A stretch of DNA of 64,000 nt, taken from contig MU004193.1 in NCBI GenBank assembly GCA_010093605.1, positions 1,123,520 to 1,187,519 of the forward strand. The letters are read 5' to 3'. Of this stretch, positions 1 to 12,743 are shown piece by piece. The stretch comes from Lophium mytilinum. Lineage: Eukaryota. The notes beneath the pieces were generated by a model. That model had not been told where the DNA came from. It ran no database searches and saw only the letters and a program-made list of their open reading frames with translations. The first letter of the stretch is position 1. Each line of letters begins with the position of its first letter. A program made the position numbers and the translations under genes.

Positions 1-539
1 TGGTGGTAAATTCTTCATAAAGGGCAGGTAGCGTTGCGTTGAAGGCTGCGAAAAGGATCGAGGGGGTGGTGACGAGTGCTCCAAGAAGGACACGGAGAGC
101 GGCGACGAAAGCTCCAAAGATGACCGAGGAAGCGGCGACGAGGGGGGCCACGACGTGCCGATTGAGAAACGGGAGCGCGGAGAAGTATCCAACGATATGG
201 CCCTTGATGATGATGAAAGCGGCGAAAGAGGCGAGGAATTGGTCCATCTTCGCGCAGAAGCGGTCACGCTTTGCTGGGACTATAGCAGCGAAGCGGCAGA
301 AGAGGTAGGTGGCGGCGTGGAGGAAGATGTAGATGTTGAGGAATAAGATGAGCCAGTCTACGAGCCACAGCGTATGCTCAGGGTCCGCCAAGAAGTAAAT
401 ACCGGTGGTCTAAGTTTTGTTAGAAACGTTCAAATTGAACTGGTATCCCTGGAGGGCCTAAATCGTAACTTACGTCGAGGTCCTCTGCTGCCACGAACAT
501 AGCTTGGAGGGCGCTTCCGTACGAGACGTAGGCAGTCAT
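1..539 (-). CDS. Hypothetical multi-pass membrane protein, 5' part only (runs off the window start)
   Basis: Manual model: ATG at 539, exon 1 MTAYVSYGSALQAMFVAAEDLD, intron 473-410 (GTAAGT...CTAAC...TAG), then an open hydrophobic frame TTGIYFLADPEHTLWLVDWLILFLNIYIFLHAATYLF...VAASSVIFGAFVAALRVLLGALV to position 1. Family not recognised. Confidence 0.6.
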
Positions 540-1907
540 GATGATGAAGATTTTGACGTGATTTGAGAGCTTGAAGAAGATGAACTAGTCGAGACGACGC
601 AGCTTGAGGCCAGCTCAAGGAGAAAAGGCTACTGCAATTGAGATTTTGAAGGAAGTCAGAAAGTCAAGAGATGTAGCGCGGTATGAACGGTTTCAATGAG
701 ATGGAGGGAAGCTGAGAATATATAGTCGAAAGGTTTGGAAATCGCGCTAACACGCACAATACCTATTCAAATGTGACTATTATCGAGGCGGGAAGCCGAT
801 CGAAAGTGAAGTGGGAGGGTGGTGAAGTTTTTGAATGGGAGGACAATAGGATTATTGCTAGCGTGAATTGTCGATTCACCCTATTATCAGGTATACTACT
901 GTCAACCTCACAATACCGAGCACGCCCTTTTACCACTGTTTGGAATGCCTCCGTGGGTTCTCTAAATTGTAAGCCCGATGTCAAATTTGGTGCAATGGGA
1001 ATTGAGCTGCCCTTTGACCGGCCTGACGGCCGCCTATAAGGCTCCTCCCGACAGTGGTGTCTAGCTTCCAAGCGTGGCAGTCATTTAGTGGTTTTCCGGT
1101 GGTGCAATTTCTTTGCGAACGGATTTCAGACAGCTTTTGGGCGACGTTTGGCGTTTTGGTCAAGTGTTTGGAGGGCCCTAGGGTCAACATTACCGAGAGG
1201 AGCATGATGTCAAGTCCCTATAATCGTGAGTTAGGAGCGGAAATATAGAGCGCTTCAAGTCAACCCAATGACGAGTTACGTCACAATTGTAATCTGAACG
1301 AGGAGTGAGCTCTCGCCGATTTGACAAACCTGTAAACCAGCCGAGCGCCCCGCGGAGAATCATTCACTTCCCCCTAGGCCGCCAAAACATCCGACTTTAC
1401 GGTTCTCTCTCAACCAGCAAAACAAGTTTTCTTCGCAATTCTTTGGGTTCAGCCACAACTCTTACCCCGCTCGCTGAGAATTGTCGTTGCATGAGGCTTC
1501 TGCGCCCCAATCGCGCCAGCTCAACGCGTCCTCGTATTCATGCGCGGGATCGCGGCGTCAGGCGATAACGCGCCGAGTTCGCGTTGACTCATTGCCTGCC
1601 TGAAAGCACCGAGCAAGGGCCTTACACGTCCAATCGTGGACGAATACGCGCGCCTCAAAATGTGCTGAGGCCGTCATTGGAGAGAAGCGTGCGGAGAAGA
1701 CTTCATGATTAGTTATCTGGCTTTCAGAAGACGAAGTATGAAGGAGAGAGATGATGTATAAAGAGGTTGGGATGGAATGCGGCGAGGGAGGGACAAAGCC
1801 TTCGGATTGAGAGTCTCTGAACACCCAAGAAAATCACTGTCAGCCGATATTCGTCTCTACGCATAGAACTCCAGGCTTCCAAACGATAGTTCTTTACCTA
1901 GGTCAAC

Positions 1908-2640
1908 ATGTCTTCCGAACATCAAGCAGCCAGCATGCCCAGAGAAGGTGCCCTGTGCTGGGTTGAGTTCCTCGCTCATGACGTCCCAAAGCTCAAGGTA
2001 TGAGACTCGTCTATTGGGTCAGATTCGTGTCCAAATCTATGCTGTGAGCAACCCCTCGCAAGCTGACCTTTTCATGTCGAACAGGAATTCTATTCTGCTC
2101 TTTTTCCGAACTGGGACTTCAAGCCCAGCACCAAGGAATACAAGGCCGAAGATATCGCAATGGTATCCTTTGCGGGTGGATCCGGTAATTTGCCGTATAT
2201 GTCACGGAGCTGAGCGATTGATACTAATATAACGTATAGGACTGAGTGGCGGGATCCTCAAACTCCCAGCAGACTGCAACCGTGAAGAGCAGCCCAACGG
2301 CGTTGGAACCACATCGTACTTCCTCGTGGAGTCGATTGAGGAGGTACGTCGCTCATAGTCTGGTCAGGCTCATCGCCCCGTGCCTCTCCAAACCCCCGAA
2401 TTGCTCTGTTCGAGCCTTTTTTTTTTACCGTAGACATTTGCCTCGCAGTGCTCCGTGACATCGAACCATCGCTAATACGGTTATCACTAGATCAAACCTA
2501 GGGTTGAGAAACTCGGAGGCACTATGTGTCTCCCGAAGACGGAGCAGGGGAAAAGTGGATGGTTTGCAAACTTCAGAGATCCAGATGGGAACAGGTTCGG
2601 AGTCTATGAAGTCAATCGCGCTAACCTCAGTGAGAAGTGA
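1908..2640 (+). CDS. VOC superfamily (glyoxalase/bleomycin resistance-like) protein, 4 exons
   Basis: Spliced translation MSSEHQAASMPREGALCWVEFLAHDVPKLK/EFYSALFPNWDF...AGGS/GLSGGILKLP...TTSYFLVESIEE/IKPRVEKLGGTMCLPKTEQGKSGWFANFRDPDGNRFGVYE. It contains the typical VOC motifs WVEF...FY..LF.W and F.DPDGN.FG. Confidence 0.85.
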
Positions 2641-3547
2641 ATGGTTCCTATGGCGGGAAGTGATGACGGACCACAAGATGGTTCCTCGAAGAGCAGATTA
2701 TTGGTGTTCACTGCTGTTGGTGTTCGTCGATGTAAAGTTTGCACAGGAGATATCTGAAGCTAGGTGGTTTTGGGACAATGACCAGGTTAGGACTAGCGCC
2801 CTCGGGTCTTGTTATCGAATCCATCATTCACTCGCTCCGTTTCCAATTCTTCATCGCAGCCTTCACTGTACAGGCATGATGACGGCTATAGTACTTTTTT
2901 TCAACCGGTAGCTTCATTCTTTCGGTATTCGAATCATCCCGTATCTCGAGGAAATCTGTGACAGGTCTCCTGTAGCCAAGTGACTTTACACTGCCTTCAC
3001 GGCTACCTTGAACCTAGTCCTATGCACAGACGAGTGGTAGTCGAGTGTGAATATCAGCTACGCAGAAGACCTGACTGGAAGATGGACAGAGCAGTTGCAA
3101 TCGCTCCGATAAATTATATGTACAGACACGAGTAACCATGCTTTTTCTTCTTTAACATCCCTTTTCCCGTACCCCGGACCTAGCGTTCTCCTTCCTACCG
3201 GATTAAACGAAATCAGAACTATCTCCAAGCTGATTGCTGTACTGCTGTACTAAGCGACAGTTGTTCAATTGGTACAATCCCTTTCCTCAATAGCCAAAAC
3301 AAGGAAAGCGTTTACTGATACGGCTTACGTCATTCCGACCTCCATTCCAAATCTGAACCCGCAGAATCCTTGCTCGACGACACGGACGACTGTTATACCG
3401 CATCAAAAAATCAAGCCCATCCAAACAAACGTCGTTGGCTGATCCGTGCGGCCGAAGTGAGGGGTTCCCAAGCGGGCAAGTCCTGCGAGACCGGAGATCC
3501 ACTTTGTTTACGGATGAGGGGTCACGCGGTGACGTCCTGGGTGCTTT

Positions 3548-3555
3548 TATATAAA
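3548..3555 (+). promoter_or_regulatory. Probable TATA box of the GFA-like gene
   Basis: TATATAAA about 110 bp upstream of a Kozak-like CCGCCACCATG at 3658. Confidence 0.45.
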
Positions 3556-3657
3556 ACCCCCAGCTCACTCAGGTACTCCAATTCTCGGTAAACTGAGCAC
3601 CTTGATACCTGCGTCTATTCAATTCAACCAAAGAAAAACCTTGAAAAATCCGCCACC

Positions 3658-4127
3658 ATGGTAACCAAAGGAAGCTGCATGTGCTCGCAAATCGCGTATG
3701 AATTCAGCGGCGAGCCCGCGACCACCGCCCTCTGTCGTAAGCAATCCTCTAGCAAGACATACTGCTCGCTCCCCTACTAACAACCACCTGTACAGACTGC
3801 ACAGACTGCCAAAAATGGAGCGGCGCGGCATACACCGCCAACGTAGTCGTACCACGCAAAGACTTCTCCGTCACCAAGGGCACGCCCAAAACCTACGACG
3901 CCATCGGTGATTCAGGAAAGGTCAACAAGCATTTCTTCTGCGGCAATTGCGGCTCTTCGCTGTACACCGAGCTCGAGATCATGCCCGATGTCGCGTGTGT
4001 TAAGAGTGGGGGGCTCGATGGCGGCGCGGCCAACCATGAAGTCAAGGTTGAGTTCTATACAAAGGATCGCTTGGGGTACGCGAAGGAGGTACCTGGGGCG
4101 GATCAAGTGACGCAGTTTGGGCAATAG
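3658..4127 (+). CDS. GFA/Mss4-like (CENP-V/DUF636) zinc-binding protein, 2 exons
   Basis: MVTKGSCMCSQIAYEFSGEPATTALC/HCTDCQKWSGAAYT...KHFFCGNCGSSLY. The GxCxC...CHCxxCQK...FCxxCGS pattern is diagnostic. One GTAAG intron near 3737. Confidence 0.9.
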
Positions 4128-4656
4128 AAATGCAGGCTATCGCTAAGAAGACGGAGGCGGGAGGATAGTGTATATAGTGAAGAAGGTAGCTATCCCCATC
4201 GGGGAAGTGAGTCCAATACAACTCGATTGTTGCCTCTCTTTCATGTATGTATGTACCAGCCTAGAAGTCTGGTGAAACTGAGAATGTCGTGCCAACTCCA
4301 CCATTCAGCTCTCCCGCCATCGATTCTTCATTTTAGCGGCACCGTGAACGCACTTAATGCCCGATAATCCCCTCCCTCGTTTATATACCGAGCTCCTCAG
4401 AATTCAGCCTCACATGTGCCCATATCACCGCCACTCCCAGTCACCCCGCAAGGGAGACTTCTGATAGGCTTGCAGTGGCAGGAGGCGCCTGCAGGCAAAC
4501 CTCAGCCTTGCACCGCCCCCTCAGCACACGTGACTGCTTCACACGCTTCAGAAATCGCGCAGCAGCTAGAAACCACACTTCCTGGTTCTCTAGCACTACC
4601 TGAAACGTTGATTCCAGTTTGACATACCTTGCGAAATTCTCACTCCCGTCTGAGCC

Positions 4657-6963
4657 ATGGTCGTAGCATTTGGGTGGTCCGCTGGAGACATCGTCGCCGG
4701 GATCCGGGTCACGGTCAAAATATGCGAGGCTTTCAAAGAATCGGGCGGTGCTGCATCCAAGTATAAGCAAACAGTCGACTTTTTGGATGGCTTCAAGCTC
4801 ACGCTAGAGCACTTGAAGACCTACATCGATGGTAACCCGGCGGACAGTCATGCTTCCAGCATTTCCGACCAGATCGAGAAGATCAAAGTCCACTTCGAGT
4901 CATTCCAAAACGCTATCGAAAAGTACGAGAAGGCTTTGGGTGAAGCTTCAACCACGGGACTCGTCAAGAAGGTATCGAGGAAGATGAGATGGACTTTGAA
5001 AGAGATGTCTGGAGATGTGGATAATCTTAAAGCTGCTGTCATGCAGCCCTTACAGATTATCAACACACTTTTGTCGTTGCAGATGCTGTAAGTCTCACTC
5101 ATTGGCGTCATCCTATCACACGATTGATCCAAGCTAACGCGTTTTAGTGATTCTCTCGATAAGACGTCTAGCCAGCCCCTGAGCCCTGTTAATTGCCGGC
5201 AGTTGGTCGAGGCGATCCATCTCGCGGCCATGCCAGCCTGTCTAGAACAACATATTGTTCGCCTTCAGAGCGCGGTCGAAGGTCAAGCAACAACGGCGGA
5301 AGCTGCGAACACTCTGACTGTTCAGGAACTCGACTCTATTCGTGAGAAGATAACATCAGCGGAAGCAAGCATCTCCCAGCTCATTGTACCCAAAGACAGT
5401 GTTGCAATAACTCAAACGCTTGAAAAAGTTTCAACGATGGAAAAACGACTTGACATGATATCACAACAACTCGACAAATCCGAATTAGAGGCTCTAGCCA
5501 GAACTCAACAAAAGACAATCTTGGAACTACAAGCCTTTCTCGAAGCCACTGCGGAGGCGCATAGTCGCTCCTCCGAAAACTGCTCTGAAAACTATAGCGC
5601 AGAGTCTTCAGCCGAACCCGGGGCGCAGCCTTCCATTGAGAGTGCAGCGAAGTGGGTCAATATATTACTGTCTTCCATTGTAGCTCTAGGCGTCATCACA
5701 GGAGCCGTAGAAATGAATATATCTATATCTCCAATCGGCCGTACTAGAACACGGAGCAAGCAGCGATACGATAGCAGTATACAGCACGTCACTTCCCGAA
5801 GACATAGAATAATACCAAACCCTGGACCACGCATTACCACGACGAAAAAACGAGCCGCCGCAAAAGAGGATGACATCGACACCGAATCTAAGCGGCTTGA
5901 TGAATTTTGGAACATGAAACGAGCCAAAAGCCCTACACCAGATCACGAAGAAGCTGCAAAAGAGGACGACATCGACACCGAATCTGAGCGGCTTGATCAA
6001 ATATGGGCTCGGAAACGAGCCAAAAGACCTACACCAGATCACGAAGGAGCCGCAATTCGTCCTGGGCGAGGGGGCGGAGGAAGTACTTGGGAGCGAGCGA
6101 AACTGGCCGAAGTCGTGATGCTCTCCCCATGTTCCCTGGGAGGGGAGATGGAGGAAGTGCCTGGGAGCGAGCGAAACTGGGCACCCGATTCTCAATACTT
6201 TTTTTCGCCTTCCCCAAAGCTCCGGCAGGATAATTTTCAAGCAGGTGGATGGAGTACTCACGAGAGAGCGAAGCCAGGAGTCCTAGCGGCCCAGCATTGG
6301 GACGACGAAGCTCATTCAACAGCACCAGAGGCGCAGTCCCAGGAGGCTATCTGCCTGGCTTTTTGTCCCTCGCAGAACATGCAACCGACACCCATCGAAC
6401 TAAGTACTGCGAGCCAATACCCCATTTTTAACGATTCTACTGGATATCACTTCCTTTCTGACGGTCTGCCGTCCATGGGCTCCCAACCCTCCCCACCACG
6501 ATTCCCCCAGCCCCCTCCCGCACCCGCATACCCACGCAATCACATGACCCCCCTCCCTCCTTCTCTGCAGCCCTCTACCTCATCCCCTCGCCTCGCAACC
6601 GAACCGAGACCAACCGCCACCGCCGGCGCCAAAACTCTCCCACCACACTACCACCACCAGCCGAATCGCGGGGAAGTGGGTTGTGGACCACCGCGGGCCT
6701 ATATTAGCCGCAGCCCTAGCGGACGGAGTGCCTGGCGGGGGGACCTGGTGATGCAGGATAAAGTTCGCTCTCCCGCCGGCGAAGGGCCGATTGGCGAGAG
6801 GGGAGGGGTGGTCATGATGGCCTACCCACGGTCTTGGGAGGTGGGAGAGAGGGGAGAGGTGGAAGATGGTGGTTGGGAGAAGGATTACGAGATAGAGGTT
6901 GGAGAGGCGGCGGTCATGAGATGGGAGGAGAGGGGTTTGGGGTGTGATTCGCGAGGAGTTTGA
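4657..6963 (+). CDS. Protein with a fungal STAND-type N-terminal helical domain (SesA/HeLo-like), a coiled coil and a low-complexity repeat-containing tail
   Basis: N-terminus MVVAFGWSAGDIVAGIRVTVKICEAFKESGGAASKY matches the FG[FW]SxGD motif of fungal NLR N-terminal domains. Intron 5088-5147 joins ORF 4657 in frame to ORF 5203. No P-loop is visible. The 3' structure is uncertain. Confidence 0.6.
5857..6048 (+). repeat. In-frame 96-bp (32-aa) tandem duplication
   Basis: AAKEDDIDTESKRLDEFWNMKRAKSPTPDHEE followed by AAKEDDIDTESERLDQIWARKRAKRPTPDHEG; the DNA units start at 5857 and 5953. Confidence 0.9.
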
Positions 6964-9900
6964 GGAGGTGAGATGTGGAAGGGCCGACTATGGGAGTCTC
7001 GTCGAGCGAATGGGGTGAGGTACCGTAGGTGAGGTGGGCGTGGAGAGGAGCTAGGAGTTAGTGCTCGTCCTCTCGATAGTCGATGAGGCTATGCTGCTTT
7101 GCATCGCGGTTGCGAGCCTCAGGCTAGGGGAGACGCCACAATACACGTTAGACTTCGCAGGTGGCGGGGGTGTCCTTACGGGGTGAGGGGTTTCTGTATC
7201 TACAGTTTCAGATGAATATCATCGTTCGTATGAGTGGATGAGGCACTTCGTATGGGAAAGTCTAAAATATGGGAGGAAACTTGGTGTGATTGTGGTTGAT
7301 GAAAACTCACGTGCTTACTGGCACTACTCTCGGTGGGACTGTTGTTGTTTACTACGGACGCTGGTGCTTGGCGGTACATGTGTGTACATGTGAAGTCCAT
7401 TGGTACTTGCGCATATTGAATGACGAGGTGCTGGCGCATATATTGCCTGATACTGCCAAGGTGCCAAGGCTCCCTTTTGATAAAGATTCACATGCCTTCT
7501 AGGAAGTCTTACTACGAGAATTTCCACTTCTTCACCGGAACCGACACTTTCAATATCTCTTTCAGCAGTATCTTTAAAAGCTCGGGTTAGCATGTGAAGC
7601 GTAAGCAGTCCCTCGAATCACGAATAGCCTATCCCAACCCAAGCGCTCTAGACCCCTCCGAACATGCGCCAAACGAGGCGAAGTGGAGATCTCCCGCTGT
7701 TAGGATGCGCGGGGTAGGGGTGCTGTGGGTATGGTGTTATTGGCAGGATAGCGGGGCTGCTGTATTGGATATGCAGGATGCAGAGATTGGCATGTTGAAA
7801 TTCTGCGTATGCGAGGTAAGCTGGGAGTGCGTGCAGCTGTGTGTCCTTTTGCGATGAACATGCGTGATCGGGAGATGCCGGATGGGTGTGGTGGTGAGGG
7901 GCGGTGGGGATGCTGACGATTGTCCTGGTAGACTAGCGGTCTTAGGCAGTATGACCGAGGCAGAACCATGGCTCTTAATTGCTACAGTAATTTCACCGTT
8001 GATGGAGCTGGACTGGTTCAAACATTACGTGGGTAAATGGAATGGGTACTCATCTACAGCCTCTCTTTGTGTCCGGTGGTTACTCTCTAATACCAAGCCA
8101 CAAACTTACCTTATAAGGGAGCAGCTCCGAGCGCCTTTAGGGGGTAATAGCACCCTTCTAGCCAACCAGTCCTCGAGTTGCTTCTGTACTAACCCGGAAA
8201 AGAGCAATACCGGGATCGACTCAGTCTAGCGCTGGGTCACCGGACGCAAAGAAAGGCTGTATTACGCTTCTGTAATGTATGTCTCAGTGTAACGTTAGTT
8301 GAAAAGATAGGTTCAGTATCACACACCGTCAAACATACCCAGACGTTGAAGAAAACAGGTGTGGGGGCTTGGTCCAGCTCTACCTAGTTGAGGATCGCTG
8401 GATTAATGGTAACGGAGCCGCTGCGGGTCCCTACTAGGAATGGATGCAAGACCGTTGACAGGCGTACGGACGGTTCGCAGGGAAGGGGAGCGCTTCAAGC
8501 CAGGAGCGAAGAGAACCACTGGGGACGCGTCCAGGGCGTCAGGGGACCTGGTGCGGGGTTTCGGAAAGGCGGCCAGCTCCTGCGGTGTCGGTCCATCACG
8601 GAAGAGGCTTGATGCCGGGGCCATGTCCGGAGGCAGCGATTGATTGTGCCCGTGGCGCCCTGAGCTCTGGTAAAGTTGCCGAGCAGGCAACTGAAGTGAG
8701 ACGGTGTTGAGAGTCTATCGGGGGCTCACGCGAGCATCGATATCACTTGCCATATGTAGCCTGAATCCTGCTAGTCATGTAGCCCGGCGCTTGCATACGG
8801 GAAGCCCCAAACTAGGGGCGTTTGGTACGCATTTGGGTTCGTGCTTCGGTCTTGGTTTGGGACTGGTGATCGTCGACCTCGTGCTAATCCAGGGAATACG
8901 TGGCGTAATAGTACCCGGTCTACCCAGGTACAACTAACGCAATTGATACTGACAGCCGCTATATGATGCATAAGTCCGCAATGGTACATGGACGCATGTT
9001 CCCCACTGAATTCGCCCAGCGGAAATAGCTCTCGATTAGCATGTAGGAATTGACGAGGGTGAAGAGAATGGTGGATACAAGATGGCAAAGACATGACGGC
9101 TGTTTGTGCAAGCGAGCTGGCTACGTAATAGCACAGCGTATGAGCACGGAATTGAAGATTGTGTCGTTGTGGATCAGTCTGGATGTCAGGCGGGCGAGTT
9201 TGGAGAGTGGCGATTGATAAATCCTCTCACTCGAGGCTGTGATTGGCTGTCTTGAAAGTGGTAAATCAATCCAAGCCCCGATTTTCTCTTTTCAGTTGGT
9301 TAGATTGGTGTTGCGCCGCCAATGAGCTGCTCCCCAAGTAAGTGCCGAATTGGCGGGATTGATGTGTCTCGCGGGTGGTCTGGTGGTCGGTGGGAACTAC
9401 TCCGTATTTTGACTCGGAATGCCTGGTGCGGTGTCGGAACTCTTAAAGAATGCGAATGAGGCGATGGCAGCCGAAACTGAGGTTGCACCTGAGACATCAA
9501 AGGGTTTGGTACACAGTCTGCCGTTCTGTGATGCCCCCAACCCAATTTGAAGATCTGATTCGTGAGAGCGTCCTGAGACACGGGCTTACAAGGTCGTAGC
9601 ACTAGAGCTGACTGAAGGATAAGAGAGGCGATGGCTTGAATAGTAGCGCCTTGAGTCGGTGGCGAACACGCCTAATGAGAACGCAAGATCTGAGATTGGA
9701 TCGGGGGGAGGCACGAGGAGGATACCGTGGCGGACAGAAGGAACCCAGGCGGGTGGAATGTGGAAGACGTAACAACAGTACACCGGCAAGGCGCGTCGGA
9801 CATTCTTTTGGGCCAACGGCGTGGTTATGTGTGAGGTAGAGGGTGACTGAGTGACTTTGAGGGTTGAGTCTGTGACACCAGAGGTTAGATATGGCAGCCT

Positions 9901-12743
9901 GAGTGGTGGGATCAAAGTGACGGTGTGCCTCTGCTGGAGGTCCAATAATGAAGAGCTGTTGGATGCACGCGCGAGAGCTTCCAGACGAGGCGGAGTGATG
10001 TCCGCGGGTAGCACTACGCTGGTGCTGTGAGTTGCGGGAGATCATCCGGAGTCGTCTTTCCCAGCAGCGCGGCCGCTTCGGGTGCACACAGCACCCACAG
10101 CTCAGCGGACCGGCGAAAGCGAATAGTAGAGGAAAGGCAGGGACCAAGAACAGAGGCCTCGTTGCGTGGATCCACGTGGCGGCGCAGTGAAGCCGCGAAG
10201 ATGGCATCGAATGACACGCAGCAGCTCTCCCACACTTCAGACCGATGATGCGGTCCATCACCATTTCCGCAATGCTAGGCGCCCATTGGCCGTGCGACGA
10301 CACCAGCAGCCGGGGGGCTGGCGAGCGAGGGCCCGGCGCACGGCGGGCACAAACGTCTGCTCCGAGCCAAAAGAAAGCATTCGCCCGATGTGACGAGATG
10401 CGTCCACGTGCAGCTGCGGCGCAGAGAGCGACAGGGCTGCCCGTGTTGGAGTTGAACGCTGCGGCTCTTGCTGCGCTGTCGGGCGGTACTTGGGGGTACT
10501 TTGGGCCCGTTTGATAGCACTGAGGCCCCGTTGTGTCGCCATGGCCAGGGCGTGATTGGCACTCGCTCAGGCGGCCGCCTAATCTCCCTATCTTACCAAG
10601 CAAGTGGTATCGCAGCGGTTGGCGGTGGCAGAGGGGCCCCAGGTACGGAATCCTCGAGCCCTGCCGCTCACCGTTCAGCAAGGAGTGAGGTTGAGTGAAT
10701 GCATGGCCGATCTTGCGCTCGAGGGCCCAAAACGCCGCCTGGGCCTCGCGGTTCCCACTTTTCCCGTCTGGCATCCCCGAGCGCCAGATCGCCAGCTCCG
10801 GCAAAGTCAATCCAGGCGAGCTTGCTTGCCCTGAGGCCTGCGGCGCTGTATCGTGGAGTCGCGACAGCGCCAGGCGGGCGAACCTCGACGACGGCCTCCC
10901 ACAACAGGCCGCGATCCCCGGCTGTTCGCACCTGGTGGCCGCGAGCGACTTGCCGGCGCTGTGAGGCAGTGCTGATTCGCTGCAGGGGACGACATTGCCA
11001 GACGTCCGGGATTCTTAGCGGGCTGCAGTGGCGGATGGACAGTGTGCGATTGGCGCGCGGAGAGCCAGCCTTGAGGTACCAGCAGGGCTCTGCTGCATGG
11101 CCCCAAAGCTCCCGGGATGCAGAGGGGGCCGAACTGCACGCGTGCCCTCGCTGTTTCGAAAATAATGCCGCTCGCACCCAGCTTGGGAAGCCTCTGATTG
11201 CCCGGATTAAATTGCTCTGATATGCCGGCAACGGTGCTGATAGGTCCGGGGCGACGACTTTCGAGGCCAGGGAGTCGAATGCCGATGCGCTGGAGAGGCC
11301 GTTTTGTGTATTGGAGCAACGGTCGTTCACTGACGCCGGGGGATGTGATGAGTGATGAGCGATCACGTGCCTTCCTTACACTGCAACACCACATCGGGCG
11401 TTGAATACTGGCGATACCGCATTGGTCAGCAGGGCTAGGCTCCCGGATCGCAGCGCAGACCCAGGGTGTTCGTCCTCGATGGCGCCGTCAAGCCACGGGC
11501 ATGAGGCCCCCCCCACCTCGCGGCAGGCCTGCTTCAGCTGCCCAGCTCCACGCTGATACCGTACTGGCGCCCGGGGCCCACGGAGCGCAGCGCACTCCCT
11601 GTGGCGCGAGAGGGAACGCCCATGCCTCACCGTCGCGGCGTCGTCGTGGTCGCATGAAAGAGGCCCGCTTGAACGAGGAGAAGACGCACTCGAGACAATG
11701 GGCACTCCACCAGGGCAGCGAGCGCGATTGAGGCCCCGCAGGCTGAGGCGACGGTCACGCTAGATGCTGCTATCGCTGCACCAGGAGTCCGTCGACTGTG
11801 CGACCCTTGGTGGCCGCTGCTATCAGACAGACTCGCGCAGGGAAGCTCCGATGGGCTGCTTGCTGGGCGCGTTTTGGTTGCAAGTCTCGCAAGTCACCAC
11901 TCCAGCTCTCCCCCGTACCCCCAGGTCTCTCCCTCGCCTTTTGCCCCGTTCCCTCTGCCACGACCAGGACACCCACAGTCCCATTGCTGCCCACCACTCT
12001 GCCACCCCCTCCCGCGCTGAGCCGTCTGCCCCTCGCCGCTGGCTGCATGGGCTTATCATTGGTTTAAGCTTCTCAGCCTTCCGACAGCTGGCGCGAATTG
12101 TGGCCGCGACGACACCACCCACAGCCCTCTCCATCCCATTGGACTTCGCCGTTTTTGAGAGCGCGGGCCAGTGACCGGCGTCCTGGACAGGGCCGAGCGG
12201 CTAGCGGCGTCTCCAATCCCAAGTTCCCAAGCCCAAAGAGCCATCAGAGCCACCAGAGCCATCTTATCCGCCCGCGCGACCCTCACTGCCCATACCATAT
12301 CAGCCCGCCTGCATCCTCAACCTCCACCGCACACCACCGCGGACAGCCTCCCCGCCGCGACCCCCAGATCCCTCTTGCATCCTCATCCAGGTCGTCCAAG
12401 TCCCGCTGTGCGCTGCATTCGTGTGTCTGCCCGCTGCTGCCATTTGTTGGGCTGGCGTTGTGCGCATCCGTCGTTGACCTTGCGCCATCTCCACCCAGCT
12501 GCGTTGAGACCGCGCAGCACCATTCACGGATTATTCACGGATTGACGACCCCCGCCGCTCTAGAACCGCACACGTCGCCCTCGCGCTCGACAGAAGTTCC
12601 GCCCGTCGCCGCATCAAGCAGCATCGTCCTCGGCACATCTCGCCGTCCACGCCTCGAACGGCGCCGCCAGCCTCTTTGTCTCAGGCTCGCCCGTGACAGA
12701 AAACGGCCACGCAGAAAACGGCAGCGCCAGAACAAAGGGAAGC

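Noticed and set aside
1908..4127. VOC and GFA genes as an aldehyde-detoxification cluster
   Set aside because: Both are large, functionally diverse families, and adjacency of two genes is insufficient evidence.
7324..7593. AERDIESVGSGEEVEILVV resembling a proteasome beta-subunit C-terminus
   Set aside because: The match is short, and I could not find the rest of the subunit in upstream exons.
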